64,000 bases of DNA from contig CAZGUG010000001.1 of NCBI GenBank assembly GCA_964529035.1, forward strand, positions 16,886-80,885. Direction: 5' to 3'. Below are positions 7,616 through 17,876 of this stretch, piece after piece. The first letter of the stretch is position 1, and each line of letters starts with the position of its first letter. The stretch is from an uncultured Clostridium sp. (GTDB lineage: Bacteria; Bacillota; Clostridia; Ch29). The translations under genes and the position numbers were made by a program. A model generated the notes under the pieces. The model saw only the letters and a program-made list of their open reading frames with translations, ran no database searches and had not been told where the DNA came from.

Positions 7616-9696
7616 CGGAGGTGGAAGAATTGATAAAATGCCTGGTAATAGTGGAATCACCGGCCAAGGCAAAGACAATAAAAAGATTTCTGGGCAGGGG
7701 TTACAGAATTGAAGCGTCAATGGGCCATGTGCGGGACCTGCCAAAGAGTCAGATGGGGGTGGACAAGGAAAAGGGTTTCGAACCCAAGTATATAACCATA
7801 AGGGGTAAGGGACCGGTGCTGGAAAAGATAAGAAAAACCGCCAGGGAAGCCGAAAAGATACTGCTGGCAACCGATCCGGACAGGGAAGGCGAGGCCATAT
7901 CATGGCATCTTGCCTACATACTTGATATTGATGCCCGGTCGTCCTGCAGAATAGAGTTTAACGAGGTAACAAAGAATGCGGTAAAAAAGGCGGTGAAAAA
8001 CCCACGGCCCATAGACGTTAAGCTTGTGGAAGCCCAACAGGCACGCAGAATAGTGGACCGGCTGGTGGGTTATGAAATAAGCCCGCTTTTGTGGAAAAAA
8101 GTAAAAAAAGGGCTTAGTGCCGGAAGGGTACAATCTGTTGCGCTGAAACTAATATGCGATCGTGAAGAAGAAATAGATAAATTTGTTTCGGAAGAATACT
8201 GGAAACTGTATGCAATACTGTACAGGGACAAAAAAAAGGACAGTTTCAAAGTAGAGCTTCATTCCCGCAGGGGCAGGAAGATTAATGTTAAAAGCGAAGA
8301 AGAGATGAAGGAAATACTTGTAGATTTAAGGGGTAAGGAATTCAGGGTATCCGAAATAAGACGCGGTAAAAAAACCAGGAGTCCAAATCCTCCCTATACC
8401 ACCAGCAGTCTGCAGCAGGATGCGCACAACAGACTGGGTTTTACCGTGAAAAGAACCATGACCGCTGCACAGCAGTTGTACGAGGGCATTGACATAAAAG
8501 GAGACGGCAGTGAAGGCCTGATTACTTATATGAGGACAGATTCGGTACGGGTCTCGGATACTGCCCTGGCACAGGTGAGGAATTATATCAAGGAAGAATG
8601 GGGCGGCGGTTTCCTGCCCAAAATGTCCCGGGTTTACAAGGGCAAAAAAGGTGCACAAAACGCCCATGAAGCAATAAGACCAACTTCGGTTTCCAGGAGC
8701 CCGGAGAGTTTGAAGGATTCTCTGACACCGGATCAGTACAAAATATACAGCCTTATCTGGAAGAGATTTGTTGCATCACAAATGAGCAATGCACAGTACC
8801 AAACCGTGAGTATAGACGTTGACTGTGATGGTTATTTGTTTAAGGCTTCGGGTTCAACGGTTACATTCAAGGGCTTTTTAGAGGTGTTTGACGACGTGGA
8901 AAAGCAAGACAGCAGGATTCCTCCGCTTAACAAAGGAGATTTGCTGAAGGTAAACAAACTTGAAGACAAGCAGTATTTCACACAGCCTCCGGCAAGGTAT
9001 ACCGAAGCGTCACTGATAAAGACCCTGGAAGAGGACGGTATAGGCAGGCCCAGCACCTATGCTCCCGTAATATCAACAATACTTCAAAGGGGGTATGTGG
9101 AAAGGGATAAGAAATCACTGCTTCCCACATATCTTGGCAGAATCGTAAATGAAGTAATGGTTGAGTATTTTAGAGAAATAGTAGATGTTGAATTTACCGC
9201 CGAAATGGAAGAAAAACTGGATGAAATTGAGGAAAACGGGCTCGAATGGAGGAAGGTTGTGGAAGAATTTTACCGGCCCCTCGAAACAATGGTGAAAAAA
9301 GCCGAAGTAGAAATGGAAAAAATAGTTATACAGGACAAGGAGACCGACGAAATCTGCGAACTGTGCGGAAGGAACATGGTAATAAAGCATGGAAGGTTCG
9401 GCAAATTCCTTGCGTGTCCGGGCTTTCCGGAATGCCGCAATACCAAGCCTTATCTTGAGAAAGTGGGTGTTAAATGTCCTAAATGCACCGAGGGCGATAT
9501 AGTATTAAAAAGAACTAAAAAAGGAAGGATATTTTACGGCTGTAGCAGGTACCCGGACTGTGATTTTATGACATGGAACAAGCCCGCTGAAGGAAAATGC
9601 AGTATCTGCGGAAACAGGCTTTGGGAAAAGAAGGGCGGTAAAAAACAACCACCGGTTTGTCTTAATGAAGAGTGTGAAAACTACGGCGGTAAGTAA
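7612..9696 (+). CDS. topA: DNA topoisomerase I.
   Basis: Toprim domain LVIVESPAKAKTI; TopoIA domains; three C-terminal C4 zinc ribbons (CELCG..C, CPKC..C, CSICG..C). An ATGA overlap with dprA gives a start at 7612; a TTG at 7630 (MIKCLVIVESPAK) is an alternative. Confidence 0.92.
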   Translation: MTEVEELIKCLVIVESPAKAKTIKRFLGRGYRIEASMGHVRDLPKSQMGVDKEKGFEPKYITIRGKGPVLEKIRKTAREAEKILLATDPDREGEAISWHLAYILDIDARSSCRIEFNEVTKNAVKKAVKNPRPIDVKLVEAQQARRIVDRLVGYEISPLLWKKVKKGLSAGRVQSVALKLICDREEEIDKFVSEEYWKLYAILYRDKKKDSFKVELHSRRGRKINVKSEEEMKEILVDLRGKEFRVSEIRRGKKTRSPNPPYTTSSLQQDAHNRLGFTVKRTMTAAQQLYEGIDIKGDGSEGLITYMRTDSVRVSDTALAQVRNYIKEEWGGGFLPKMSRVYKGKKGAQNAHEAIRPTSVSRSPESLKDSLTPDQYKIYSLIWKRFVASQMSNAQYQTVSIDVDCDGYLFKASGSTVTFKGFLEVFDDVEKQDSRIPPLNKGDLLKVNKLEDKQYFTQPPARYTEASLIKTLEEDGIGRPSTYAPVISTILQRGYVERDKKSLLPTYLGRIVNEVMVEYFREIVDVEFTAEMEEKLDEIEENGLEWRKVVEEFYRPLETMVKKAEVEMEKIVIQDKETDEICELCGRNMVIKHGRFGKFLACPGFPECRNTKPYLEKVGVKCPKCTEGDIVLKRTKKGRIFYGCSRYPDCDFMTWNKPAEGKCSICGNRLWEKKGGKKQPPVCLNEECENYGGK

Positions 9697-9724
9697 GAAA
9701 ATAGTTTTTTAGGATGGTGTTTTT

Positions 9725-10255
9725 ATGCTGAGAGGAACCACAATAGTGGCAGCAAGAAAAAACGGAATGGCTGCCATAGCCGGAGACGGGCAGGTTACAA
9801 TGGGCGAGAGTACTATAATGAAGCATACGGCAAAAAAAGTGAGAAAGATATACAACGACAGGGTACTTGTCGGATTTGCCGGCTCGGTGGCGGATGCCAT
9901 GACACTGACGGTAAAGCTGGAGGGTAAACTGGAACAGTATGGAGGAAATCTGAAAAGGGCCTCGGTTGAACTTGCTAAGGAATGGAGAACCGATAAGATA
10001 CTGAGGAAACTGGAGGCAATGCTTATTGCAATAGACAGCGAGTCTCTTCTGGTGATATCAGGAAGCGGAGAAGTGGTAGAGCCGGACGACAACGTGATAG
10101 CCGTGGGTTCGGGAGGTCCCTATGCAATGGCAGCGGCAAAGGCGTTATATAAGAATACCGAAATGGAAGCCAAAGAAATTGCAAAAAAGGCTTTGGAAAT
10201 CGCATCCACCATCTGTGTATATACCAATGACAACATATCGGTCCTGGAGTTGTAA
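9725..10255 (+). CDS. hslV: ATP-dependent protease subunit HslV (ClpQ).
   Basis: N-terminal [14 protein letters not shown] with catalytic Thr after Met removal; [12 protein letters not shown]. Confidence 0.92.
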   Translation: MLRGTTIVAARKNGMAAIAGDGQVTMGESTIMKHTAKKVRKIYNDRVLVGFAGSVADAMTLTVKLEGKLEQYGGNLKRASVELAKEWRTDKILRKLEAMLIAIDSESLLVISGSGEVVEPDDNVIAVGSGGPYAMAAAKALYKNTEMEAKEIAKKALEIASTICVYTNDNISVLEL

Positions 10256-10278
10256 TGTCAAAGGAGAGGTGCAAAAAA

Positions 10279-11673
10279 ATGGCGAAAGAGTTAACCCCCT
10301 CAGAAATTGTAAAGGAGTTGAACAAATACATAATAGGACAGGACAAGGCCAAAAAGTCGGTGGCGGTTGCCCTTAGAAACAGATACAGAAGAAGGCAGCT
10401 GCCCGAAGAACTTCAGGAGGAGATTAAGCCCAAGAATATATTGATGATAGGGCCTACCGGAGTGGGAAAAACCGAGATAGCCAGAAGGCTGGCCAAGCTT
10501 GTGGATGCTCCCTTTGTCAAAGTAGAAGCCACAAAGTTCACAGAGGTTGGTTATGTGGGCAGGGACGTGGATTCTATGATAAGGGACCTGGTGGAAACTT
10601 CCATCAGAATGGTCAGGGAGAAAAAGATTAAGGAAGTGCAAAGCAAAGCGGAAGCTGCTGCCGATGAAAGAATAGTCAGGCTTTTGGTGCCCGCTCCCAG
10701 GGAAACCCCGTACAAAAACCCCCTTGAAGCATTGTTCGGCACTTCCGAGGACCGGGAGAACAGGGACAGGCATAAAGAAGACATGCAGGCGATAGAAGAA
10801 GAAAGAAGTATAATAAGGTCAAAATTAAGAATTGGGGAATTGGAAAACCAAACGGTTGAAGTGGAAGTAGAGGACCGGGGCACGGCAGCGGTGGAATTCT
10901 TTACCGGTATGGGAACAGAAGAAATGAATATAAATTTTCAGGATATACTGGGAGGAATGCTGCCGGGCAAAAAGAAGAAAAAAAGGGTACAGGTAAGTGA
11001 AGCAAGAAAAATACTTGCCCAGGAAGAAGCAGGTAAACTGGTGGACAACGAGCAGATTACCACAGAAGCCATCGCCAAGGCGGAACAGACCGGTATTATT
11101 TTTCTGGACGAGATTGACAAGATCGCTTCGGGCGAATACAAGGCAGGGCCCGACGTTTCGAGGGAAGGGGTGCAGAGGGATATTCTGCCGCTGGTTGAGG
11201 GCAGTACCGTAATGACCAAGCATGGACCGGTAAAAACGGATCATATACTGTTCATTGCTGCGGGAGCTTTTCATATAGCAAAACCTTCGGATTTAATACC
11301 CGAGCTGCAGGGCCGTTTTCCCATTAGGGTTGAACTGGGAAGTCTCAGCAGGGATGATTTTAAAAGTATACTGACGCAGCCGAAGAATGCTCTTATTATG
11401 CAGTACAAATCGCTTTTGAAAACAGAGGGCATTAACATAAACATTAAGGAAGATGCGCTGGATCGGATAGCGGAAATCGCCTATTACGTAAACCAGGCAG
11501 AAGAAAACATAGGTGCCAGAAGGCTGCATTCCATTGCCGAAAAGCTTTTTGAGGAAATTTCTTTTAATGCAGCCGATATGGCCGGTAAGAGTATTGACAT
11601 AGATGCGGATTACGTTACAAAGCAGCTTGAGGAGTTTATTGACGAGAAGGATATAAGCAGGTTCATTATTTAG
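10279..11673 (+). CDS. hslU: ATP-dependent protease ATPase subunit HslU (ClpY).
   Basis: [21 protein letters not shown]..., Walker [17 protein letters not shown]-domain, sensor regions. AAGGAGAGG precedes ATG 10279; the ORF-track ATG 10255 overlaps the hslV stop and is an alternative. Confidence 0.92.
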   Translation: MAKELTPSEIVKELNKYIIGQDKAKKSVAVALRNRYRRRQLPEELQEEIKPKNILMIGPTGVGKTEIARRLAKLVDAPFVKVEATKFTEVGYVGRDVDSMIRDLVETSIRMVREKKIKEVQSKAEAAADERIVRLLVPAPRETPYKNPLEALFGTSEDRENRDRHKEDMQAIEEERSIIRSKLRIGELENQTVEVEVEDRGTAAVEFFTGMGTEEMNINFQDILGGMLPGKKKKKRVQVSEARKILAQEEAGKLVDNEQITTEAIAKAEQTGIIFLDEIDKIASGEYKAGPDVSREGVQRDILPLVEGSTVMTKHGPVKTDHILFIAAGAFHIAKPSDLIPELQGRFPIRVELGSLSRDDFKSILTQPKNALIMQYKSLLKTEGININIKEDALDRIAEIAYYVNQAEENIGARRLHSIAEKLFEEISFNAADMAGKSIDIDADYVTKQLEEFIDEKDISRFII

Positions 11674-11739
11674 CGAAAATTGTCTGTAAAAAGAAGGGAT
11701 TATTAAACTATTGTAGAATAAAATAATAAAATATTCCGA

Positions 11740-11822
11740 AAAAGGCAAACCTTACTAAAGTTTGGGACGCAAAACCACGGGCCTAAGGTAATTAATATGC
11801 TATGGCGGCCGGGTTGCCGGAG
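11740..11822 (+). ncRNA. Class-I c-di-GMP riboswitch aptamer (GEMM-I) in the leader of the flgB operon.
   Basis: GGCAAACC (11744-51), 12 nt, GGGACGCAAA (11764-73), then ACCACGGGCCUAAGG and GGCGGCCGGGUUGCCGG (11804-20). Order and spacing match the V. cholerae Vc2 core (GGCAAACC-N12-GGGACGCAAAGCCUCCGGCCUAAACC...GCGGGGUUACC). The 5' GGCAAACC can pair with the 3' GGUUGCC to form P1. Confidence 0.7.
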
Positions 11823-11832
11823 GTATAATGAT

Positions 11833-11870
11833 GCCTATTGCCGGCTCTTGGGGGATAGGCGTTTTTATTT
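11833..11870 (+). terminator. Terminator-like hairpin plus U-tract directly downstream of the aptamer; putative expression platform (OFF switch).
   Basis: Stem GCCTAT (11833-38) / ATAGGC (11855-60) with loop TGCCGGCTCTTGGGGG, then GTTTTTATTT. TTGCCGG repeats at 11814-20 and 11838-44, which could allow alternative pairing. Confidence 0.5.
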
Positions 11871-12018
11871 ATATATAAATGCAAGTACCGAACAAAATCT
11901 AAAGTAATTTAAGGGATATTATATTAAAAAATAGAATCGTGGGATAATTTTAGAAAACTATGAAGGAATATGATGAAAACTATCGAATATTTATTCCTAG
12001 TAGGGTTATACGGAGGTG

Positions 12019-12429
12019 ATGGTTTTGCGAAACGACAACACGATAAACATACTGCAGAAGGCTCTGGACGCATCCCTGGTTAGAAACAAGGTGATAGCAA
12101 ACAATATCGCAAACGTTGACACTCCGAATTACAAGGCCTGTAGGGTGGAGTTTGAAGAGCATTTAAGGAAGGCAATTAACGGAAGCAAGATGTCGGCTAA
12201 ACCAACCAACCCGAAACACATACCTATAGGCGGGGAGAGACTGGAAAGAGTGGCTCCCCGTATTATAAGGGACAAAAGCATCAGTACGCGGCTTGACGGA
12301 AACAGCGTTAATATCGACGTGGAAACGGCAAAATTGGCCAATAACACCATACTGTATCAGGCCCTGGTAGACCAACTCTCGGCAAAACTGGCAAGAATCA
12401 GGACTGTTATAAATGAAGGCAGGAGGTAG
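12019..12429 (+). CDS. flgB: Flagellar basal-body rod protein FlgB.
   Basis: VIANNIANVDTPNYKA rod motif; first gene of the fla cluster. GGAGG at 12012-16; start is ATG 12019 or TTG 12025. Confidence 0.9.
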   Translation: MVLRNDNTINILQKALDASLVRNKVIANNIANVDTPNYKACRVEFEEHLRKAINGSKMSAKPTNPKHIPIGGERLERVAPRIIRDKSISTRLDGNSVNIDVETAKLANNTILYQALVDQLSAKLARIRTVINEGRR

Positions 12430-12433
12430 TCCT

Positions 12434-12880
12434 ATGGGAATTTTTGATACCATAAATACCAGTGCAACGGGGCTTACGGCTCAAAGGCTGAGAATGGACG
12501 TAATAGCAAAGAATATTGCCAATGCCAACACAACCAGAACGGCAAACGGGCTCCCCTACAGGCGGCAGACGGTGGTTTTCAGGGAAAACTGCAGAAACAC
12601 CCCCTTTACGAGCTTCCTTTCGGCAGAAAGCCGCAGGCGCTTCCTGAAGGACGGCGGAGTAAAGGCTGTGGGAATAGTAGATGACAAAACCCCCTTCAGA
12701 CGCACTTATGAACCGGGGCATCCGGATGCAGATGAGGAGGGTTATGTACTTATGCCCAACGTGGATATCGTAACCGAGATGGTTAATATGATATCGGCTA
12801 CCCGGGCCTACGAAGCAAATGTAACTGCCCTTAATGCCACAAAGGGTATGGCGGTTAAAGCTCTGGAAATTGGAAAGTGA
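12434..12880 (+). CDS. flgC: Flagellar basal-body rod protein FlgC.
   Basis: GLTAQRLRMDVIAKNIANANTTRT; C-terminal RAYEANV...; AGGAGG precedes ATG 12434. Confidence 0.9.
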   Translation: MGIFDTINTSATGLTAQRLRMDVIAKNIANANTTRTANGLPYRRQTVVFRENCRNTPFTSFLSAESRRRFLKDGGVKAVGIVDDKTPFRRTYEPGHPDADEEGYVLMPNVDIVTEMVNMISATRAYEANVTALNATKGMAVKALEIGK

Positions 12881-12897
12881 TAGGGAGGTAGAGACAA

Positions 12898-13194
12898 ATG
12901 AGAATTACAATACAGGATATGGTGCCGGTGTCGGTAAATACCGATGTTAAGCCGGCAAGGGGTGAAGAACAGCTCTCTAGTTTTTCCGATTATTTAAGGG
13001 GCGCATTGGATGAAGTTGACAGGCTTCAAAAAGAAGCGGACAGTTCCGCTGTAAGCCTTGCAACCGGGGAGACACAAAACCTGCACCAGGTTATGATAGA
13101 TGTACAAAAGGCGGAGATTGCACTGCAGTTTACCATACAGATAAGAAACAAAATAATAGAAGCATATCAGGAGATTATGAGAATGCAGATATAG
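12898..13194 (+). CDS. fliE: Flagellar hook-basal body complex protein FliE.
   Basis: About 98 aa; C-terminal LHQVMIDVQKAEIALQFTIQIRNKIIEAYQEIMRMQI. Confidence 0.85.
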   Translation: MRITIQDMVPVSVNTDVKPARGEEQLSSFSDYLRGALDEVDRLQKEADSSAVSLATGETQNLHQVMIDVQKAEIALQFTIQIRNKIIEAYQEIMRMQI

Positions 13195-13236
13195 ACTTAA
13201 GGGCAAAACCGACAAAATAGAGACGGGGTGACCATA

Positions 13237-14781
13237 ATGGGAGAAACCCTAGATAGGATCAGAAACCAATTAAACGAATTCTGGCAGGGACGTACCAAAA
13301 AACAAAAGATCAAAATAGGAACAAGCGCGGCGGTTTTTATAATCAGTATAGCCCTGCTGGTAATCTTTACTTCTCGGCCGGAAATGGTTCCCCTATACAG
13401 CGACCTCGATTTAAAGGACGCAGGGGAAATTACAAAGAAGCTGGATGAACTGAAAATAAAATGGGAAACCGATGACAGCAGCTCCAGCATTCTGGTTCCA
13501 AAGCAGGAAGTCAACAGTCTGAGAATGCAGCTGGCAACCGAGGGCCTGCCAAGGGGCGGCTTCAGCCTGGTGGAAGCCCTGGACAATACAAGCCTGGGGA
13601 CCACCGACATGGAAAGAAGAGAAAGGATACGGGTGGGCCAGGAATACGCAATAGCACAGGCAATAGAAACAATAGAAGGGATTGAGTATTCCCAGGTTAA
13701 CCTGTATATACCACAGGACAGCCAGTTTGCGCTGAGCAGCAGGGACTACGAAGCCAGCGCCGGAATACTTTTAAAACTGCAGCCCGGAGCAAAGCTTACC
13801 CAAAATCAGATTGAAGGGATAGTCCAGTTTGTATCCAAAAGTGTAAAGGGCCTTGATAAAAAAAATATTTCAATAATAGATCAAACGGGACAGGAATTGT
13901 CGCTGCAGACAGACACTCAGCAGAGTATACTGCTAAAACAGTTGGAGATTGAACATAACAGCCAGGAAAAACTTCAAAAAAGCATAAGGGAATTTCTTGA
14001 GACCGCCTACGGTAAGAACAATGTGGATGTCAGGGTCAATCTGAAACTGGATTTTGACAGCATGGTAACCAGTATAGTAAGATTTGAGCCTCCGATCCCG
14101 GGAGAGACCGGAGGCCTTGTATCCAGCATGCAGGAGCTTGAGGAGCATGCAACAAACACTGCAGGCGGGGGGATTCCCGGGACCGACAGCAATATGGATG
14201 ATGTAATAAGCTATGCCCAAATAGATGACCAGACTTCCAAGTATGATACGGTAAGCAGGACAGTCAACTACGAACTGAACCAGATTAAGGAGGAGATAGT
14301 AAAAGCCCAGGGGCAGGTGCAAAGCCTGTCGGTGGCGGTCCTATTGAACAGTACTTCTCTAACCCAGGAACTGGGTCAGCAGGACAGGGAAAATATTATA
14401 AATATAGTAGCTGCAGCGGCCGGAATTGACAATGAAGTTGTGACGGTACAGTCGCTGCCCTTTGACACAAGCCTGGCGGAGGAGATAGCGCAGGGTTTTG
14501 AAAGCAGGGAACGTATGGAGAAGATAAAGCTGTATACCTATGCGGGCAGTATTGGAGCTTTGTTGCTGGCTGGAGTTATCGGCTCCTTTTTAATTATAAG
14601 AAGCAGAAGAAATAAAAAAGAGGAAATGCTGATTACCGAAGCACAGCAGGTAATACCGGAAGAAGTGGAAGAGATAAGCCTTGATAAGGATAAACACAGG
14701 ACGCATAAACAGGTGGAAAAGTTCATAACAAAGAAACCTGAAACTGCAGCCCAGTTGTTAAAAACATGGCTTAATGAATAG
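13237..14781 (+). CDS. fliF: Flagellar M-ring protein FliF.
   Basis: N-terminal TM, periplasmic ring domains, second TM near the C-terminus (GALLLAGVIGSFLII), conserved C-terminal tail; about 515 aa. Confidence 0.9.
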   Translation: MGETLDRIRNQLNEFWQGRTKKQKIKIGTSAAVFIISIALLVIFTSRPEMVPLYSDLDLKDAGEITKKLDELKIKWETDDSSSSILVPKQEVNSLRMQLATEGLPRGGFSLVEALDNTSLGTTDMERRERIRVGQEYAIAQAIETIEGIEYSQVNLYIPQDSQFALSSRDYEASAGILLKLQPGAKLTQNQIEGIVQFVSKSVKGLDKKNISIIDQTGQELSLQTDTQQSILLKQLEIEHNSQEKLQKSIREFLETAYGKNNVDVRVNLKLDFDSMVTSIVRFEPPIPGETGGLVSSMQELEEHATNTAGGGIPGTDSNMDDVISYAQIDDQTSKYDTVSRTVNYELNQIKEEIVKAQGQVQSLSVAVLLNSTSLTQELGQQDRENIINIVAAAAGIDNEVVTVQSLPFDTSLAEEIAQGFESRERMEKIKLYTYAGSIGALLLAGVIGSFLIIRSRRNKKEEMLITEAQQVIPEEVEEISLDKDKHRTHKQVEKFITKKPETAAQLLKTWLNE

Positions 14782-14789
14782 TGGGTGAT

Positions 14790-15809
14790 ATGACTATGAC
14801 AAGGGGCAAAGGAGAGTTAACGGGAAGGGAAAAAGCAGCGGTTTTACTAATAGCCCTCGGGCCGGAGAATTCGGCCAGAATTTTCCAACATCTAACCGAT
14901 GAGGAAATTGAAGAACTTACATTGGAAATCGCAAACATGAGGACGGTGACCCCTGAGGAAAAGAACAAGATAATCCAGGATTTCTATCAAATATGCGTTG
15001 CCCAGGAGTATATCTCCGAGGGGGGAATAGAGTATGCCAAGGAGGTCCTCGAAAAAGCCCTCGGCGGCCAAAAGGCACTGGATATAGTAAACAGGCTTAC
15101 TTCGTATCTGCAGGTACGTCCCTTTGATTTTGTCAGGAAAGCCGACCCCAACCAGATACTCAATTTTATACAGAACGAACATCCTCAGACAATATCCCTT
15201 ATACTGGCCTACCTAAATCCACAGCAGGCATCGGTTATATTATCTTCACTGCCGCCCGAAAAGCAGGCAGAAGTGGCAAAACGGATTGCCGTAATGGACA
15301 GGACGTCTCCGGATATTATAAAGGAAGTTGAAAGGGTATTGGAGAAAAAAATATCTTCACTGGTCACCCATGACTATACATCGGCAGGAGGAATACAGGC
15401 TATTGTAAACATTTTGAATTCGGTTGACCGTGGGACCGAAAAGAATATTATGGAAACCCTGGAAGCGGAGGATACCGAACTGGCGGAAGAGATTAAGAAG
15501 AGAATGTTTGAATTTGAAGATATTATGAGCCTTGACAACAGGTCGATACAGAGGTTCCTGCGGGAAGTGGAGAACGATGTGCTTGCCGTTGCCCTCAAGG
15601 GTGCCAATGATGAAGTATCAGACGTAATATTCAACAATATGTCCAAACGCCTGAAGGAAATGATTACAGAGGATATGCAGTTTATGGGTCCGGTTAGGCT
15701 AAGGGATGTGGAAGAGGCACAGCAGAAAATTGTAAATACAATAAGAAAGCTTGAAGATGCAGGTGAAATAGTAATCTCCAGAGGGGGAGGGGATGAAATA
15801 ATTGTCTAG
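14790..15809 (+). CDS. fliG: Flagellar motor switch protein FliG.
   Basis: LTGREKAAVLLIALG N-terminal; EHPQTISLIL; C-terminal torque helix region; about 340 aa. Confidence 0.9.
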   Translation: MTMTRGKGELTGREKAAVLLIALGPENSARIFQHLTDEEIEELTLEIANMRTVTPEEKNKIIQDFYQICVAQEYISEGGIEYAKEVLEKALGGQKALDIVNRLTSYLQVRPFDFVRKADPNQILNFIQNEHPQTISLILAYLNPQQASVILSSLPPEKQAEVAKRIAVMDRTSPDIIKEVERVLEKKISSLVTHDYTSAGGIQAIVNILNSVDRGTEKNIMETLEAEDTELAEEIKKRMFEFEDIMSLDNRSIQRFLREVENDVLAVALKGANDEVSDVIFNNMSKRLKEMITEDMQFMGPVRLRDVEEAQQKIVNTIRKLEDAGEIVISRGGGDEIIV

Positions 15810-16557
15810 CATATATAAATCAGGTGCAGTGGTAATAGGAGACCCTTTGGAAATAAAAAATGAAAGCGTGCAGCAGGATAATACTGCTTTGGATGAAGAG
15901 ACAAAACAGCAGATTGAGATGGACGACCGCATCCGGTGCAGAGAAAATAAAATCATCAAGGACGCCGAGGAAAAGGCATCGCAAATAATGGATGATGCAA
16001 AGCAAAAATCCCTGGAGGTGCGCGAAGCTGCCCGGGAAGAGGGCTATAAAACCGGGCTTGAAGAAGGTTATGAAAAGGGAATACAGGAGGGACAGGCAAA
16101 GGGAAGGCAGCAGGGCCTGGATACAGCCCGGGAAATGATTGAAGAGGCGCTGGAGATAAAGCAGAGGGCCCTGGAGACCAAGGAACGGATAGTCAAAGAA
16201 GCCGAAGAAGAGATAATCAGGATTGTTATGGAGATAGCAAGGAAAATAGTTGGCGAGCAGTTTAAAACAGACAGGGAAGCAATTTTGGGGCCGGTAAAAA
16301 AAGCCCTTGAAAAGTGTGCGTTTTCAGCCAGGGTAATAATGAAAGTATCCCCTGAGGACTACGATGTTGTTGAACTCTCAAAAAGCAGACTTATGGCTGA
16401 AATAGAAGGCATATCCCAAATCGAAATAATTGCTGAGGATACCCTTTCCCAGGGTAGCTGCCTGTTGGAAACGGATGCTGGGTTTATTAATTCAAGTTTA
16501 GAGGTACAGCTGGACAGAATTGAAGAAGCGTTCCGGGAGCTGCTCAGCCATGAATAA
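15802..16557 (+). CDS. fliH: Flagellar assembly protein FliH.
   Basis: E/K-rich coiled coil (EAAREEGYKTGLEEGYEKGIQEGQAKGRQQG) with a C-terminal FliH/ATP-synthase-b/delta-like domain. TTG start overlaps the fliG stop. Confidence 0.8.
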   Translation: MSSIYKSGAVVIGDPLEIKNESVQQDNTALDEETKQQIEMDDRIRCRENKIIKDAEEKASQIMDDAKQKSLEVREAAREEGYKTGLEEGYEKGIQEGQAKGRQQGLDTAREMIEEALEIKQRALETKERIVKEAEEEIIRIVMEIARKIVGEQFKTDREAILGPVKKALEKCAFSARVIMKVSPEDYDVVELSKSRLMAEIEGISQIEIIAEDTLSQGSCLLETDAGFINSSLEVQLDRIEEAFRELLSHE

Positions 16558-17863
16558 TATGAACCTTGACAAATACGGTACACTGCTGAAAGAACTGGAT
16601 ACATTAAAATACAGCGGCAGGGTGAGTAAGGTAATAGGACTTACCATCGAGGCGATAGGACCATCGGTAAATATCGGAGAAATATGTGACGTGTTTTCGG
16701 TCAAGAACAAACGACCGATAAAAGCTGAAGTTGTGGGCTTCAGAGACAACACGGTGCTTTTAATGCCGCTGGGAGATATGGAAGGAATAGGGCCGGGCAG
16801 TGGGGTTATAGCAACGGGAGGTGTATTAAAGGTACCGGTGGGTGAGGGTTTGCTTGGAAGAGTGCTGGACGGCCTTGGCAGCCCCATAGACGGGTTGGGA
16901 CCTCTTAAGTTCAGCACTATGTTTCCGGTGACCAATCCTCCTCCAAATCCCCTTTCAAGGAAAAAGATTAGCGAAGTGCTGGAACTGGGGATAAAATCGA
17001 TTGACGGAATACTGACCTGCGGTAAAGGCCAGAGAGTGGGTATATTTTCCGGAAGCGGCATAGGGAAAAGTACTCTTTTGGGTATGATTGCCAGAAACAC
17101 TTCTGCCGATATAAATATAATAGGACTTATTGGCGAAAGGGGAAGGGAAGTAAGGGAGTTTTTGGAGAATGACCTGGGAAAGGATGGGCTGAAAAGGTCG
17201 GTGGTTGTGGTGGCAACCTCAGACCAGCCGGCACTGGTGAGGCTTAAAAGCGCACAGTTGGTCACGGCCATAGCCGAATACTTCAGGAGCCTTGGCAAAG
17301 ATGTGGTGCTGATGATGGATTCCCTGACAAGGTTTGCCCTTGCCCAAAGGGAAGTGGGGCTGGCCATTGGAGAGCCTCCGGTCACCCGGGGATACACACC
17401 TTCGGTATTTGCTGTTCTGCCAAAGCTGCTGGAGAGAACAGGAACGTCGGATACCGGGTCGATAACCGGCATGTACGCGGTCCTGGTTGACAGGGACGAT
17501 TTGAATGAACCCATAACCGATGCGGTACGGGGTATACTTGACGGACATATAGTACTGTCAAGAAGTCTTGCAAACAAAAACCATTACCCGGCGGTTGATG
17601 TGCTGGAAAGCATCAGCAGGCTGATGCCAAATATAGTTAAGCCGGAACAACTGGAGGCTGCACAAAAAATTAAGGATATTATGGCGGTTTACAAGGATGC
17701 GGAGGACCTTATCAGTATAGGTGCATACAACCGGGGAAGCGACCCGAAGATTGATTATGCAATCGAAAAGATTGAGGTGATAAATAAATTTTTGAAGCAG
17801 GGGATTAACGAAAAGGTCAGTTTTGAAAGCACAGTTGAAGAGCTAACAAGTTTACTGGAATAA
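16550..17863 (+). CDS. fliI: Flagellum-specific ATPase FliI.
   Basis: Walker A GSGIGKST; F1-ATPase-like fold; between fliH and fliJ. Confidence 0.92.
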   Translation: MNNMNLDKYGTLLKELDTLKYSGRVSKVIGLTIEAIGPSVNIGEICDVFSVKNKRPIKAEVVGFRDNTVLLMPLGDMEGIGPGSGVIATGGVLKVPVGEGLLGRVLDGLGSPIDGLGPLKFSTMFPVTNPPPNPLSRKKISEVLELGIKSIDGILTCGKGQRVGIFSGSGIGKSTLLGMIARNTSADINIIGLIGERGREVREFLENDLGKDGLKRSVVVVATSDQPALVRLKSAQLVTAIAEYFRSLGKDVVLMMDSLTRFALAQREVGLAIGEPPVTRGYTPSVFAVLPKLLERTGTSDTGSITGMYAVLVDRDDLNEPITDAVRGILDGHIVLSRSLANKNHYPAVDVLESISRLMPNIVKPEQLEAAQKIKDIMAVYKDAEDLISIGAYNRGSDPKIDYAIEKIEVINKFLKQGINEKVSFESTVEELTSLLE

Positions 17864-17876
17864 GGAGTGTTTTCAA

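Noticed and set aside
11833-11870. Hairpin plus U-tract first read as the hslU terminator.
   Set aside because: It lies about 160 nt downstream of hslU and immediately 3' of the c-di-GMP-I aptamer, so it is better explained as the riboswitch expression platform. No terminator was found directly after hslU (11674-11740).
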